Assembly (NCBI GenBank): GCA_964016885.1
Contig: OZ024749.1
Span: 5,208,001 to 5,272,000 of the forward strand
Direction of reading: 5' to 3'
Length of the DNA stretch: 64,000 nucleotides
DNA from: Eledone cirrhosa
Lineage: Eukaryota
The notes beneath the pieces were generated by a model. That model had not been told where the DNA came from. It worked only from the letters and a program-made list of their open reading frames with translations, and did no database searches. Below, piece after piece: positions 13,381 to 24,720 of this stretch. Positions within the stretch are counted from its first letter, which is position 1. Every line of letters starts with the position of its first letter. Position numbers and translations under genes: made by a program.

Positions 13381-13645
13381 GACAGTCAGAAAAGCAGCAT
13401 GGCTGGCTGACAGACTGTCAGACGGATAGACTCAGAAAGTCTGGTAGACAGTCAGAAATGCAGCATGGCTGGCTGACCAACAATCAGACGGATAGACTGA
13501 GAAAGCCTGGCAGACAGTCAGAAAAGCAGCATGGCTGGCTGACAGACTGTCAGACTCATAGACTCAGAACGTCTCACAGACAGTCAGACATGCAGCATGG
13601 CTGGCTGACAGACTGTCAGACAGATAGAGACTCAGAAAGTTTGGC
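13381..13645. repeat. 66-bp tandem repeat, 4 copies
   Basis: gacagtcaga..gcagcatggctggctgac recurs at 13381, 13447, 13513, 13579. Confidence 0.9.
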
Positions 13646-14373
13646 AGACTGTCAGGCAGACTCAATACACAGACACAGATAGTAAAACAAGAAGTCAAAC
13701 AGACATCCAAATACACTGACAAACAGAGAGGCAGACATCTAGATGAGGCAGGTTAATTAATTTCTACGAAGATCACCAACTGTACCAGTATTTCTGGTCT
13801 TCTAATACAGGCTCAGGAAATTTTATTCATGCAGGATAGTCATGAAAATCCTGTCAGATTGGGGTGAAAGGAAGAATTTGTAAACATTTTTATCGTTTTA
13901 ATTAGATTCTTCATGCATGTCTTTTAGGACAGTTTTAGTATTTGTTTCCAAATATTGGAATCTGATTGAAAAGAAAAAATACATGTTCTTTTCTTTAAGT
14001 TCCTCATCCAACACGTTTTTGCTAAAATTATTTTTTGCATATTTTTCCTTTCCTTTTTGAAGTTGTTGCTTATTTTAATCTTGTTCTCGCTGGTATGAAT
14101 TCCTTAGTCATGCAACGTCTTAATTGTGAATTCAGTATTTTTTCTGTTTATGTTCTCCCCGTTTTAATATTAAACTAAATCAGGGAATGGGTTGGAAATA
14201 TCTTTAAAGAGACAACCGAATAAAATGTCGTGTAGGATGTAACTAATCAAGGCCGTTTACATTACTAGCTACTGGGATCTAATTTGCCTTTCGGTTTTCC
14301 GTGGTGTATACACACCTCACGCGCGCACACGCACGCGCGCACATGCACGCGCGCACACGCACGCGCGCACACG

Positions 14374-14454
<81 letters not shown>

Positions 14455-14759
14455 GGGAATTATTTGGAGGAACTTGCGGAAGAGTAGCTCAGAAGAAGCT
14501 AGATCCTATGACAATGAGACAAACATTCTCCCTCTCATGTGGCCTCTTTAGGCCTGACATATGGTACATTGAACAACAGTTCAAATTAAATGTTTACTAT
14601 CCAGGAGTTAAGTAGACTCCATACAAATTAAATAGATAGGGTCACAGTATTACTCCCAAGTATCAGAGCTCTGATATCAAATCCCAATGGTGACACATGT
14701 ACACTGCCTGGCAATTATGGTGATAACCATCATCATTATCAGTATGACAGTCAGAGAGC

Positions 14760-15320
14760 TTAGTATGATAATGACGATGATGATGATGATGTCCATGATG
14801 ATGATGATGTTCATGATGATGATGATGTTCATGATGATGATGATTAGGGGAACGTCGACAACGCCAGCGGAGAGTGACGCCAATGATTGCAGTGATGATG
14901 AAAATGAAGAATAAATGGCAGCAGTAGTAGTAGTAGTAGTGGTGGTAGCTCTGGTGGTGGTGATGGTATCAGTAGTGGTAGTGATGGAAGCAGTGTTCGT
15001 GGTATTGGTGGTAGTTGTAGTAGTAGTAGTGGTGGTGGTGTTGGAGGTAGCAGTGGTGGTGGTGATGGTATCAGTAGTGGTAGTGATGGAAGCAGTGTTA
15101 GTAGTAGTAGTAGTAGTAGTGGTGGTAGCTGTGGTGGTGGTGAAGGTATCAGTAGTGGTAGTGATGGAAGCAGTGTTAGTAGTAGTAGTGGCGGGGGTGG
15201 TAGCTGTGGTGGTGGTCGCAGTGGTGGTGGTCTCAGTAATGGTAGTGATGGAAACAGTATTAGTGGTGGTGGTAGTAGTAGTAGTGGTGGTATTGGCGGC
15301 AGCAGCAGCAGCAGCATACC
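14760..15320. repeat. (GAT)/(GTA)/(GTG) trinucleotide tract with an internal recurring block (Thr-rich on the minus strand)
   Basis: ggtatcagtagtggtagtgatggaagcagtgtt recurs three times, plus a degenerate fourth copy. Confidence 0.85.
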
Positions 15321-15999
15321 ATGGTGACAAGTATTTGGATGATACAGTAGTCATCGTAGAAAGAGACGAGGTGAAATGTTGATGATGACATATTAAATGT
15401 GGAATTATAAGATGTCACATAAATGTGAAGGTGCTGGAATCTAGAGAAGTGCTGAAAGGAAACAAAACCTGAGATGCATATTATTAAATTATTGTGAGTC
15501 GTGAAAAATACGGTGAAAAAAGATATTGCCAAGTTAGAGAAAACGGAAATCCTTGGATGTTTAAGCTATAAGATTATTTTATTTCAAGAAAGGATTCTTC
15601 CAATATTGACATGCAGCAACAGTATTGAGGAAGCAAATTTCGAAGGACGAAATTGGTAAAAAATTCTGTATGATAAATGTATTAAGAGCCTTGTGCAGGA
15701 TTTACTAAAGACACATAGAAAGAAAAAATATAAAAGTGAAATTGTCCGGTATTTGCTGTGTTTTGCTAAACACTTTACTAGATATAATTACGGGGAGATC
15801 TATGGCATGGCATTGTTGATCACTAAGAACAATGTTATGACATATAGAAACCAGATTTCACTACATTGATGAATGAGACAGACAAAATGTGTTACAAAGT
15901 ATGTTCAACACACACCAGACCATATATTGTCCTCCAATATATTTGTTTCACACACAGATATATTGTCCTCCAATATGTTTGTTTCACACACAGAAACAA

Positions 16000-16322
16000 A
16001 ATGGCGTAGGACAGAAGAAAGGAAAGGCACAGAAACAAAGAAAGGAATCCCCAGTCACTGAAGAGGTCACAGAGTGTGTGACGAAAGGACTATGACTATA
16101 TATAAACAACTATCTGGTTGTGAAACCAACCAACCAACCAGAAATTTAGAAATTTGTAGATTTGTAAATTTATAAATTTATAAATATATAATAAATTGAA
16201 GTGAAAGCAATTGGTGCGTATGTTTCTTATTGGCAACATGACCCTCCCAAAGTATAACAATATCGGTTTCAACACACGATTTCAGATAAAGAATCTTGCT
16301 AAACAAATTCAGAAACGAAATG
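16000..16322 (+). mobile_element. Short non-autonomous TA-associated element carrying a hammerhead (Penelope pLTR-like, family A)
   Basis: Contains the hammerhead at 16053; 3' part catgaccctcccaaagtataacaat..aacacacg.tttcagataa is shared with 35400-35490, 23770-23840 and 36070-36140(-); ends in (TA)n. Confidence 0.65.
16053..16097 (+). ncRNA. Minimal type I hammerhead ribozyme motif
   Basis: AGTCA-CTGAAGA-gGTCACAgagtgTGTGAC-GAAA-ggac-TA-TGACT: helix I AGTCA/TGACT, helix II GTCACA/TGTGAC, 1-bp helix III with a 4-nt loop. Confidence 0.7.
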
Positions 16323-16416
16323 TATATATATATATTTGTGTATATATATATATTTGTGTATATATATATATTTGTATATATATATATTTGTATATATATA
16401 TATATATATATATTTG

Positions 16417-16447
<31 letters not shown>

Positions 16448-16518
16448 ATATATATATATATTTGTATATATATATATATATTTGTATATATTTGTATATA
16501 TATATATATATTTGTATA

Positions 16519-16561
<43 letters not shown>

Positions 16562-16565
16562 ATAT

Positions 16566-16905
16566 AACAGAACACACTCACTGTTTGGTTGGTTTTCGCT
16601 TCTCGCTGTCTTTTATATCTGCGATCTAACTTACTCGGTCCTCAATGTTGCCATTGACTGACCGGCGGTAAAAAATAATACAGATACAATATATAAATTG
16701 TAACTATATATATGTGTTTGTGTCTATATTGTATCTGTATTATTTTTGACCGCCGGTCAGTCAATGGCAACATTGAGGACCGAGTATGTGCAGATCGCAG
16801 ATATAAAAGACAGCGAGAAGCGAAAACCAACCAAACAGTGAGTGCGTTCTGTTATTAATTCTGGCAATATTACGCAAATATGACCCTCCCCAAGTATAAC
16901 AATAT
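16566..16905. mobile_element. Fold-back element (arms 16566-16692 / 16726-16853, right arm extended), family A-related
   Basis: aacagaacacactcactgtttggttggttttcgcttctcgctgtc... is mirrored by ...gacagcgagaagcgaaaaccaaccaaacagtgagtgcgttctgtt. Confidence 0.85.
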
Positions 16906-16908
16906 TTG

Positions 16909-17005
<97 letters not shown>

Positions 17006-17529
17006 ATATATATATATATATATATATTTGTATATATATATATATATATTTGTATATATATATATATATATTTGTATATATATATATATTTGTATATATA
17101 TATATATATATATTTGTATATATATATATATATATATTTGTATAAATATATATATATATTTGTATATATATATATATATATATTTGTATAAATATATATA
17201 TATATTTGTATATATATATATATATTTGTATATATATATATATATATTTGTATATATATATATATATTTGTATATATATATATATTTGTATAAATATATA
17301 TATATATTTGTATATATATATATATATATATTTGTATATATATATATATATATATTTGTATATATATATATATATTTGTATATATATATATATATATATT
17401 TGTATATATATATATATATATATTTGTATATATATATATATATATTTGTATATATATATATATATATTTGTATAAATATATATATATATTTGTATAAATA
17501 TATATATATATTTGTATATATATTTGTAT

Positions 17530-17723
17530 ATAACGAAGGAAATGTGGTAAGGAACCAGGTGGACCATAACGCACCAACGTACTCAATACTTGGGGTAGTA
17601 GAGTGGGTAATAGGAACCAGTAAGACCCCGACGGCTGAGCTCAAGCCGTTTCGACGGCTAATTCTAGGGAATTAGCCGTCGAAACGGCTTGAGCTCAGCC
17701 GTCGGGGTCTTACTGGTTCCTAT
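17530..17723. mobile_element. Fold-back element family B (palindrome 17610-17723)
   Basis: ataggaaccagtaagaccccgacggctgagctcaagccgtttcgacggctaattc-tagg-gaattagccgtcgaaacggcttgagctcagccgtcggggtcttactggttcctat; both ends lie in TA satellite. Confidence 0.85.
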
Positions 17724-18186
17724 ATTTGTATATATATATATTTGTATATATATATATTTGTATATATATATATTTGTATATATATATATTTGTGTATATA
17801 TATATATTTGTGAATATATATATATTTGTGTATATATATATATTTGTGTATATATATATATTTGTATATATATATATTTGTGTATATATATATATTTGTA
17901 TATATATATATATTTGTATATATATATATATTTGTATATATATATATATTTGTATATATATATATTTGTATATATATATATTTGTATATATATATATTTG
18001 TATATATATATATATATTTGTATATATATATATATATTTGTATATATATATATTTGTATATATATATATATTTGTATATATATATATATTTGTATATATA
18101 TATATATATATATATTTGTATATATATATATTTGTATATATATATATATATATTTGTATATATATATATTTGTATATATATATATA

Positions 18187-18330
18187 TGAGCTCAAGCCGT
18201 TTCGACGGCTAATTCTGGACTAAGTCCAGAATTAGCCGTCGAAACTGCTCGAATTCAGTCGTCGGGGTCCTACTCGTTCCTATTACCCACTCTACTACCC
18301 TAAGTATTGAGTATTTTGGTGTGTTATTCG
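18187..18330. mobile_element. Fold-back element family B
   Basis: gtttcgacggctaattctggac-taa-gtccagaattagccgtcgaaac, then a long right arm ...ctctactaccctaagtattgagta. Confidence 0.85.
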
Positions 18331-18565
18331 AATATTAATAATAACATTCGATTCGTTTGCAATTATGCAAACAAGCCTCAATTTTATAGCCATGTCAGTA
18401 AAATGAACACTTCATTCTTGTTCGTATGTTGGCATGCGAACAGAACTGCAGAAACTAGTGTTTCGGGGTATCACCCTTCATCAGTACAGCTCACTGTTCA
18501 CCTGACAAACTGTCAGATCTAGTGGAAATATCTGCTATTTTGAAAAATACACAGTGACTGATAGG

Positions 18566-18812
18566 CCTGATTTGCATATTAGCAGACTGGCTAAACAGTC
18601 AGATCTGCATATTAACAGACTGGCTGATCATTCAGATCTGCATATTAACAGACTGGCTTATCATTCAGATCTGCATATTAGCAGATCTGACTGATCATTC
18701 AGATCTGCATATTAGTAGACTGGCTTATCATTCAGATCTGCATATTAACAGACTGGCTGTTCATTCAGATCTGCATATTAACAGACTGGCTGATCATTCA
18801 GAGCTGCATATT
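18566..18812. repeat. 33-bp tandem repeat, ~7 copies
   Basis: cagatctgcatattaacagactggctgatcatt unit. Confidence 0.9.
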
Positions 18813-19086
18813 CTCGTAATTCTCAAGGACAGCCTTCGTGTAAAGGTAACATACTTAAATTACATCTACACCTCATTGGTTTCCCTTATTATTTAATTGA
18901 TACCACGTGAAATAATGTCCTTCAACCACGGACACAACACACTGACAGAAATCGAACTGATGACCTTACTGATTTGATCAGATTTCACTCACTAATCCAT
19001 GTGCACACACAATATATAAGTCATTATATAAGTGTCTGTCCTTTCAAAGAAGGTATTTTAAAGCGACGAATTCTTGACCGATTAAT

Positions 19087-19136
<50 letters not shown>

Positions 19137-19142
19137 TCTCTT

Positions 19143-19178
<36 letters not shown>

Positions 19179-19288
19179 CTTGTGTTGAAGCATGTACATA
19201 CATATAGTCTAAGGCATAGACGTATACAAATATAAACCATCACATATAATACACCGACGCTTATATGATTATATGGGTGTGTGTGTGG

Positions 19289-19331
<43 letters not shown>

Positions 19332-19352
19332 CATACATACATTAATATATAC

Positions 19353-19391
<39 letters not shown>

Positions 19392-21192
19392 CATACATAC
19401 TTTGTGAGAGAATGTCTGAAATATTGATCAACACATGAGTACATCATACACACGACTCACAATAAGCAATGCAGAGGCAATGACCATCGACGCACACACA
19501 CATATACACACTGATACACACATATATACATATTAACATCAACACCCACACAGACAATATCGCGTGAAAGCGAAGTACAGAAACGATTACAGCTTTAAAA
19601 AATGATCTGCCAAGGGTAGTAATTTATCGTAAAACTATTTCCTATAAATATGTCTTTTTAGAAATATTTCTGATTGGGCTGAATTACCCTTGCTGAAAGT
19701 GTATTATGATTGATTGATACAATAATATTGTTTAAAGACTTTTCATGTCTCTTCTAATCGTATTTTAATTTGCGGTCTTGATAAATGCTTTTGTGTCTTT
19801 CATCTATTGAGCTTACTTTTTTCGGAATTGTTTTCATCTCTATATTTGTAAACATACGGGAAACACCATAATCTATATGCACAGCTATTAAAAATATATA
19901 TCTGTATAAAGAAATCGACTTTGAGGTCTCAACGTTTCGTATGTTACATACACAATCATCAGTAGATTAAAAGATGTTTTTTTTTTTGTTTTCATTATTA
20001 ATAATATATATGAAATTTATTGTATTATGATGTTATGAATAAAAGAAACCAACGCAACAAAACGAGCGATCTGTTCATGATAATTGTAATATATATATAT
20101 TTGCAATCTCTCAAGATCTCTTGGGGAATAGATGTGAATTAATTATGGTAATAAAGTGTTCTACTAGGATCTACGTAGGATCTAAATATTAAATTAAATC
20201 TAGCAATGTATATATTGTGATAGATTATTTGATATTTCCGTCATAACAAACGGACTTTCTTCTCTAAAAGCAGCACAATGCAATATGTGAAATATCCTTT
20301 GCGTGTGTGGGTGACACAGTAAACATTGTAAATTGCCATTGCTTTCCACGTTCACTTAATGTGCAGAGATTGAATTCAGGCAACACAAGTACAGAATATA
20401 TAACGTAATGAACCGGAGTACGTACTACAAATCGCCGGAAACCAGACCTGCCAAACTCTAAAACCCCAAGAGGGGAGTACCATGAGCGAAGGCGCCCCAG
20501 AAAGGGGTCAAATGAGTCAAAATGGGAGATCTTTCATAATGAAAGTCATATCCATTTTCACAGACAATACATGTCTTACCCAACCCGAAGTCGGTGGAAG
20601 ATCTCCCCGTCGGACTGGGAGAGATGACAGTTATGGGAAACTTACACAGCAAAACATTTCGTTCGATCCTCTAACAACAGTTTCTCATTCTTTTAGTTGA
20701 AAAGCAGCAAATAGGTGACGCGGATGGGGAGATAATCGATACTATTGACCCCAATACTTGACTAGTACTTTATTTAATCTAACTAGTAATCTTGAATGAC
20801 TCTTTTGATCTCGGTATGATTTGAACGTCCGACTCCCTAACAATTCCTGCTGAACTAGTACATTATCTATGCAGCCCCAACAGATGTTGAACGGTGCTGT
20901 TGATCTAAATAGAAATTTGAACTTAGAATTCAGAGAACTGGCGCAAATAACATGTGGTGTTTATTCCTATGAATTAGAAATTATAGTGATTCGCTGTTGA
21001 GCTTAGTGAGTGATGAAACTTAATTTCATATTCTCGCATGTCACAGCCTCTTGTGCAGAGCGCAGAGAGCCACAATAAATGCTGTATGATGTATGTAGCC
21101 TGATGTCATCCGTCATCCTCATATTAGCCTTTGGTGCGGGACAGCCGTTGATTATGATTTAATCTGGTTGTATTCGAGTTCAATCTAAGGTA

Positions 21193-21380
21193 AATAATTG
21201 TTTCTACTTTTGGCACAAGGCCAACAATTACAAAATGCATTACTGGTACTTAATTTTATCGACCCCGTAAGGATGAAAGGCAAAGTTAACCTCGGCGGGA
21301 TTTGAAGTCAGAATGGCAAGGGACGTAAATCTATGGGTCAAAGCATGGTGTCCGACCCTCTAGCGATACTGCCAATCCAC
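21193..21380 (-). mobile_element. tRNA-derived SINE
   Basis: Full reverse-complement copy from tail aattgtttctac to head gatactgccaatccac. Confidence 0.9.
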
Positions 21381-21948
21381 CATAACTATCAATCTAAGGA
21401 GAATAATGGTCTTAGATACACACACACACATCTACACACTCACACACAAACCCCCACATGCACACGGACACACACAAATAACAATATTATTATTAATATT
21501 AATTATTTTCTCTTCCTTCTCGTTTTCTGCAAATCCTCTAGGAACTCACACCCACCTCACACCCAGATCCCTTTCAATCATGTTTATACCTATACTTTTA
21601 TTTATATTCATATTTGCATCTTTGCTTTCATCTGCAAACCCTAAAACTAATCTTGCTCTCTTGATACAAGGAATATATATATATATATATATATATATGT
21701 GTATGTATATGCAGAGGTTATATTTAACTTGTTGGGATTCAACGAGCTTAACATTTTTTATAACTCATATAAAGCACTCAACATTTAAATAAACCGTTAT
21801 CTTTTCAACTTTTCGGACACTCATTTGCATACTTACTCATAACTTTCTATTAGCCTCAATAAAATATTATCTCCACTATCCAGGAAGCTCCAACCGTTAA
21901 TGTTGTCTTTTTCCGGGTATGTCAATATTTATTTATGAAACAAATCTG

Positions 21949-22014
21949 TATTTTATCTGATGAAAGCGCACCATAATTTGCCTTTGTTGCCCTTGAAATA
22001 TATATAATAAAATA
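21949..22014 (+). ncRNA. Minimal type I hammerhead ribozyme motif (family C)
   Basis: TATTTTAT-CTGATGA-aagcgca...tgccctt-GAAA-tatata-TA-ATAAAATA; 8-bp helix I; palindromic helix III. Confidence 0.75.
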
Positions 22015-22055
22015 AATATGGCTTTATAAATATAGTTTCCATTTATTAATATAAA

Positions 22056-22248
22056 TATAACAAAGAAGGTAAGATACCAGATGGACCACAGCACAACGGA
22101 GTACTCGATACTTGGGGTAGTAGAGAGTGTAACAGTGAAAAGAGTCAGGATCCCGTCGGCTGAGCTCCGGCCGTTTCGACAACTATATCCATTCGTAGCT
22201 AGCTGTCGAAACGGCCGGGGCTCAGCCGTGGGGATCCAGATTATTTTC

Positions 22249-22250
<2 letters not shown>
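22056..22250. mobile_element. Fold-back element family B (diverged)
   Basis: ggatcccgtcggctgagctccggccgtttcgaca...tgtcgaaacggccggggctcagccgtggggatcc; left arm homologous to 17530-17610. Confidence 0.8.
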
Positions 22251-22283
<33 letters not shown>

Positions 22284-23292
22284 CTAGAAAAAATGAAACA
22301 AAATTTCATTTCTCACTCTTAGTACGGCTGTTACTTAAATATAAGTATGTATACGTACATACATATATGTATACAGACGTACAGTAGTATGTATATATAT
22401 ACATACATGCACACACATATATACATGTACGTATGGATTTACCTAGCATTTATTATAATGCTCGGTTTGTTTGTAAACATACATCCCGAATTAAGCCGTA
22501 CAGTGTTTAGCAACCATCGTTGCCCTTTTGTTCAACACTGACAAAGGAACGATGTACTAGTTTCAAGCTTATTAGCTATCGTCAGCACTGTATACCTTCC
22601 TGCAAGATGATTGAACGTCTGAAAGTATATACTTTCCTTATGCATATTAACGGGTGAGCAGCCTAATTTGCATATCAAGTGAGTTAATCGGCCGGGCGCA
22701 CCGAAAACGATAAATGGAAAAATTGAAACGAAATTTAATTTCTCACTCTTAGTACGGCTGTTACTTAAATATAAGTATGTATACGTACATACACACATGT
22801 ATACAGAATCACCTTCACTTTGTAACTATAACCTTTCTTTTGAATGGAGCTTTACCCCCATTGTTTCATTATACATACATACATACATACATACATACAT
22901 ACATACATACATACATACATACATACATACATACATACATACATACATACATACATACATACATACATACCATCATATATATATATACATAGTATTTTAA
23001 CTAATATATATATATAACTCTACCTGAAACACCATAATCGAGGTGAGCACATATATAGAGATGTACCAATATATGTGTGTAAGCCATCTCTCCAGTCCAT
23101 TCAGCTGGCAAAATAGGAGTTGTATGAGATCACACAGGTGTCCCGCTGAATCTCACTGGGAACTAAATTCAGGAAATAGCTACGCCAATTTAATAAACAG
23201 GTTGCTCCATTACAATTGTAATACTCGTGGCCCAAACAGATAGAAGCCCAACACCACACAGACGGATATAGTTTGTTGACTACATATATATA

Positions 23293-23490
23293 TATAGGAA
23301 CAAGTATGACACCGACGGCAGAGCTCAAGCCGTTTCGACGGCTAAATTCAGTCCAGAATTAGCCGTAGAAACGCCTTGAGCTCTGCCGTTGAGGACATAC
23401 TTGTTCCTATTAATCACTCTACTACCCTAAGTATTGAGTACTTTGGTGCGTTATGGGCCATCTGGTTCCTTACCACACGTCCTTCGTTAT
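23293..23490. mobile_element. Fold-back element family B
   Basis: ataggaacaagtatg...gtttcgacggctaa..ttagccgtagaaacg...catacttgttcctat; right arm extends to ccttcgt(TA)n. Confidence 0.85.
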
Positions 23491-23509
23491 ATATATATAT
23501 ATATATATA

Positions 23510-23581
23510 TTGCCAGAAATGATAATAAAAATGGCGTAAGCATTAGAGTAGAATGGAAGAAAACATAATAGTACCACTGAT

Positions 23582-23622
<41 letters not shown>

Positions 23623-23845
23623 ATCTGTATTTTTAACCAATGGTCAATCAACGATAAACATTGATTGCTAGATAAATTAATTATGGAGATATAAAAGACA
23701 CAGAAGCCAAAACCAACCCAAACCAAAAAGTGAGTGTGTTCTCTTATTATTTCTGGCAATATTGCAACAATATCACTCTCCCCAAATAAAACAATGTTTC
23801 AACACACGTTTTCATATAAAAAATACCATGCAAAACAAAAATATA
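23510..23845 (+). mobile_element. Family A-related element with a CTGATGA remnant interrupted by (TA)n
   Basis: aaaatggcgta...ccaCTGATGA(ga-TA)n, then ttgtatctgtatt...gagtgtgttctcttatt.tttctggcaatatt homologous to 16728-16900. Confidence 0.6.
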
Positions 23846-23862
23846 TATATATCTATTTATAT

Positions 23863-24195
23863 CTAGGGCGGGTAAAATTCCCGAGATCCATGGACGAGTT
23901 CTCTCCGGCGGTCTCTGTCCCTCATTATCGCTGCCATGTCCAGCGTCTCCAACAGACCAGTGTCTGTCCTTAGGGCATCAACATACGTTAACCTTAGTCT
24001 TCCTCTTCCAGTGTGCGATGTAGGAGCACTCAGATGGTGGATGGGTGCTACACGAGAATGCTGAGGATAGCTCTAAACATTAATCAGTATACACTGAGGA
24101 TGAAAAACTCAGAGCTGTATGGGACCCTCCCAAAAGTCAGCTCAAAAGTGACACTGAGGAGACTGAGGTTAGCTGGACACGCTCACCGACATCCA
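23863..24195 (-). mobile_element. RTE-like LINE 3' fragment with 5' inversion
   Basis: Minus 24012-23863 reads TGRGRLRLTYVDALRTDTGLLETLDMAAIMRDRD..*; plus 24013-24195 reads VDGCYTRMLRIALNI..NSELYGTLPKVSSKVTLRRLRLAGHAHRHP, the immediately upstream part of the same ORF type. Confidence 0.75.
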
Positions 24196-24196
24196 A

Positions 24197-24258
<62 letters not shown>

Positions 24259-24662
24259 ACACACACATATATATTTGTTGTGAAAGAGTCATTTCTCAAT
24301 CTTGGCGCAAAACCAATTTTTTATTCACATGACCTCTACCGACCAATCAAAATTGTTTTGACCACAAGACATTTTGCAACACCAAAGTAACGCTGGAGCC
24401 ACCTTTTTAACATAAAAACAGGTAGAATTCCCAAAACTAATCAGATCAGAGCCAACAGCACGGACACTCTATCTTAAAATTATTTTTGAAAAGCATTTAG
24501 AAATGCGCAACCGGTAAAAACTTAAAAACTTAAAACCACAACTGAATACTAACTCATACAATCACTAATACTCTTTTATTCCTAATTAAACCATTTTTCA
24601 ACTGTGAACAATTTGTCAGCATTTTCTATTCCGTTTACCAATATATATATATATATATATAC

Positions 24663-24720
24663 AATATAAGATCAAAAGATGGTTAAAAGAGTTCCAAGTA
24701 TTTTATTATGCGCATTTCAA
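24663..24720 (-). mobile_element. 58-bp terminal fragment of the Naiad pLTR
   Basis: aatataagatcaaaagatggttaaaagagttccaagtattttattatgcgcatttcaa nearly matches 38180-38237; flanked by (TA)n. Confidence 0.85.

Larger units (their letters stand above)
16321..18187. repeat. Compound (TA)n-TTTG satellite blocks (16321-16565, 16905-17530, 17722-18187)
   Basis: Direct reading. Confidence 0.95.

Noticed and set aside
14677-15382. Mucin-like Thr-rich ORF
   Set aside because: Explained by trinucleotide repeats; no clear exon boundaries, so not called as CDS
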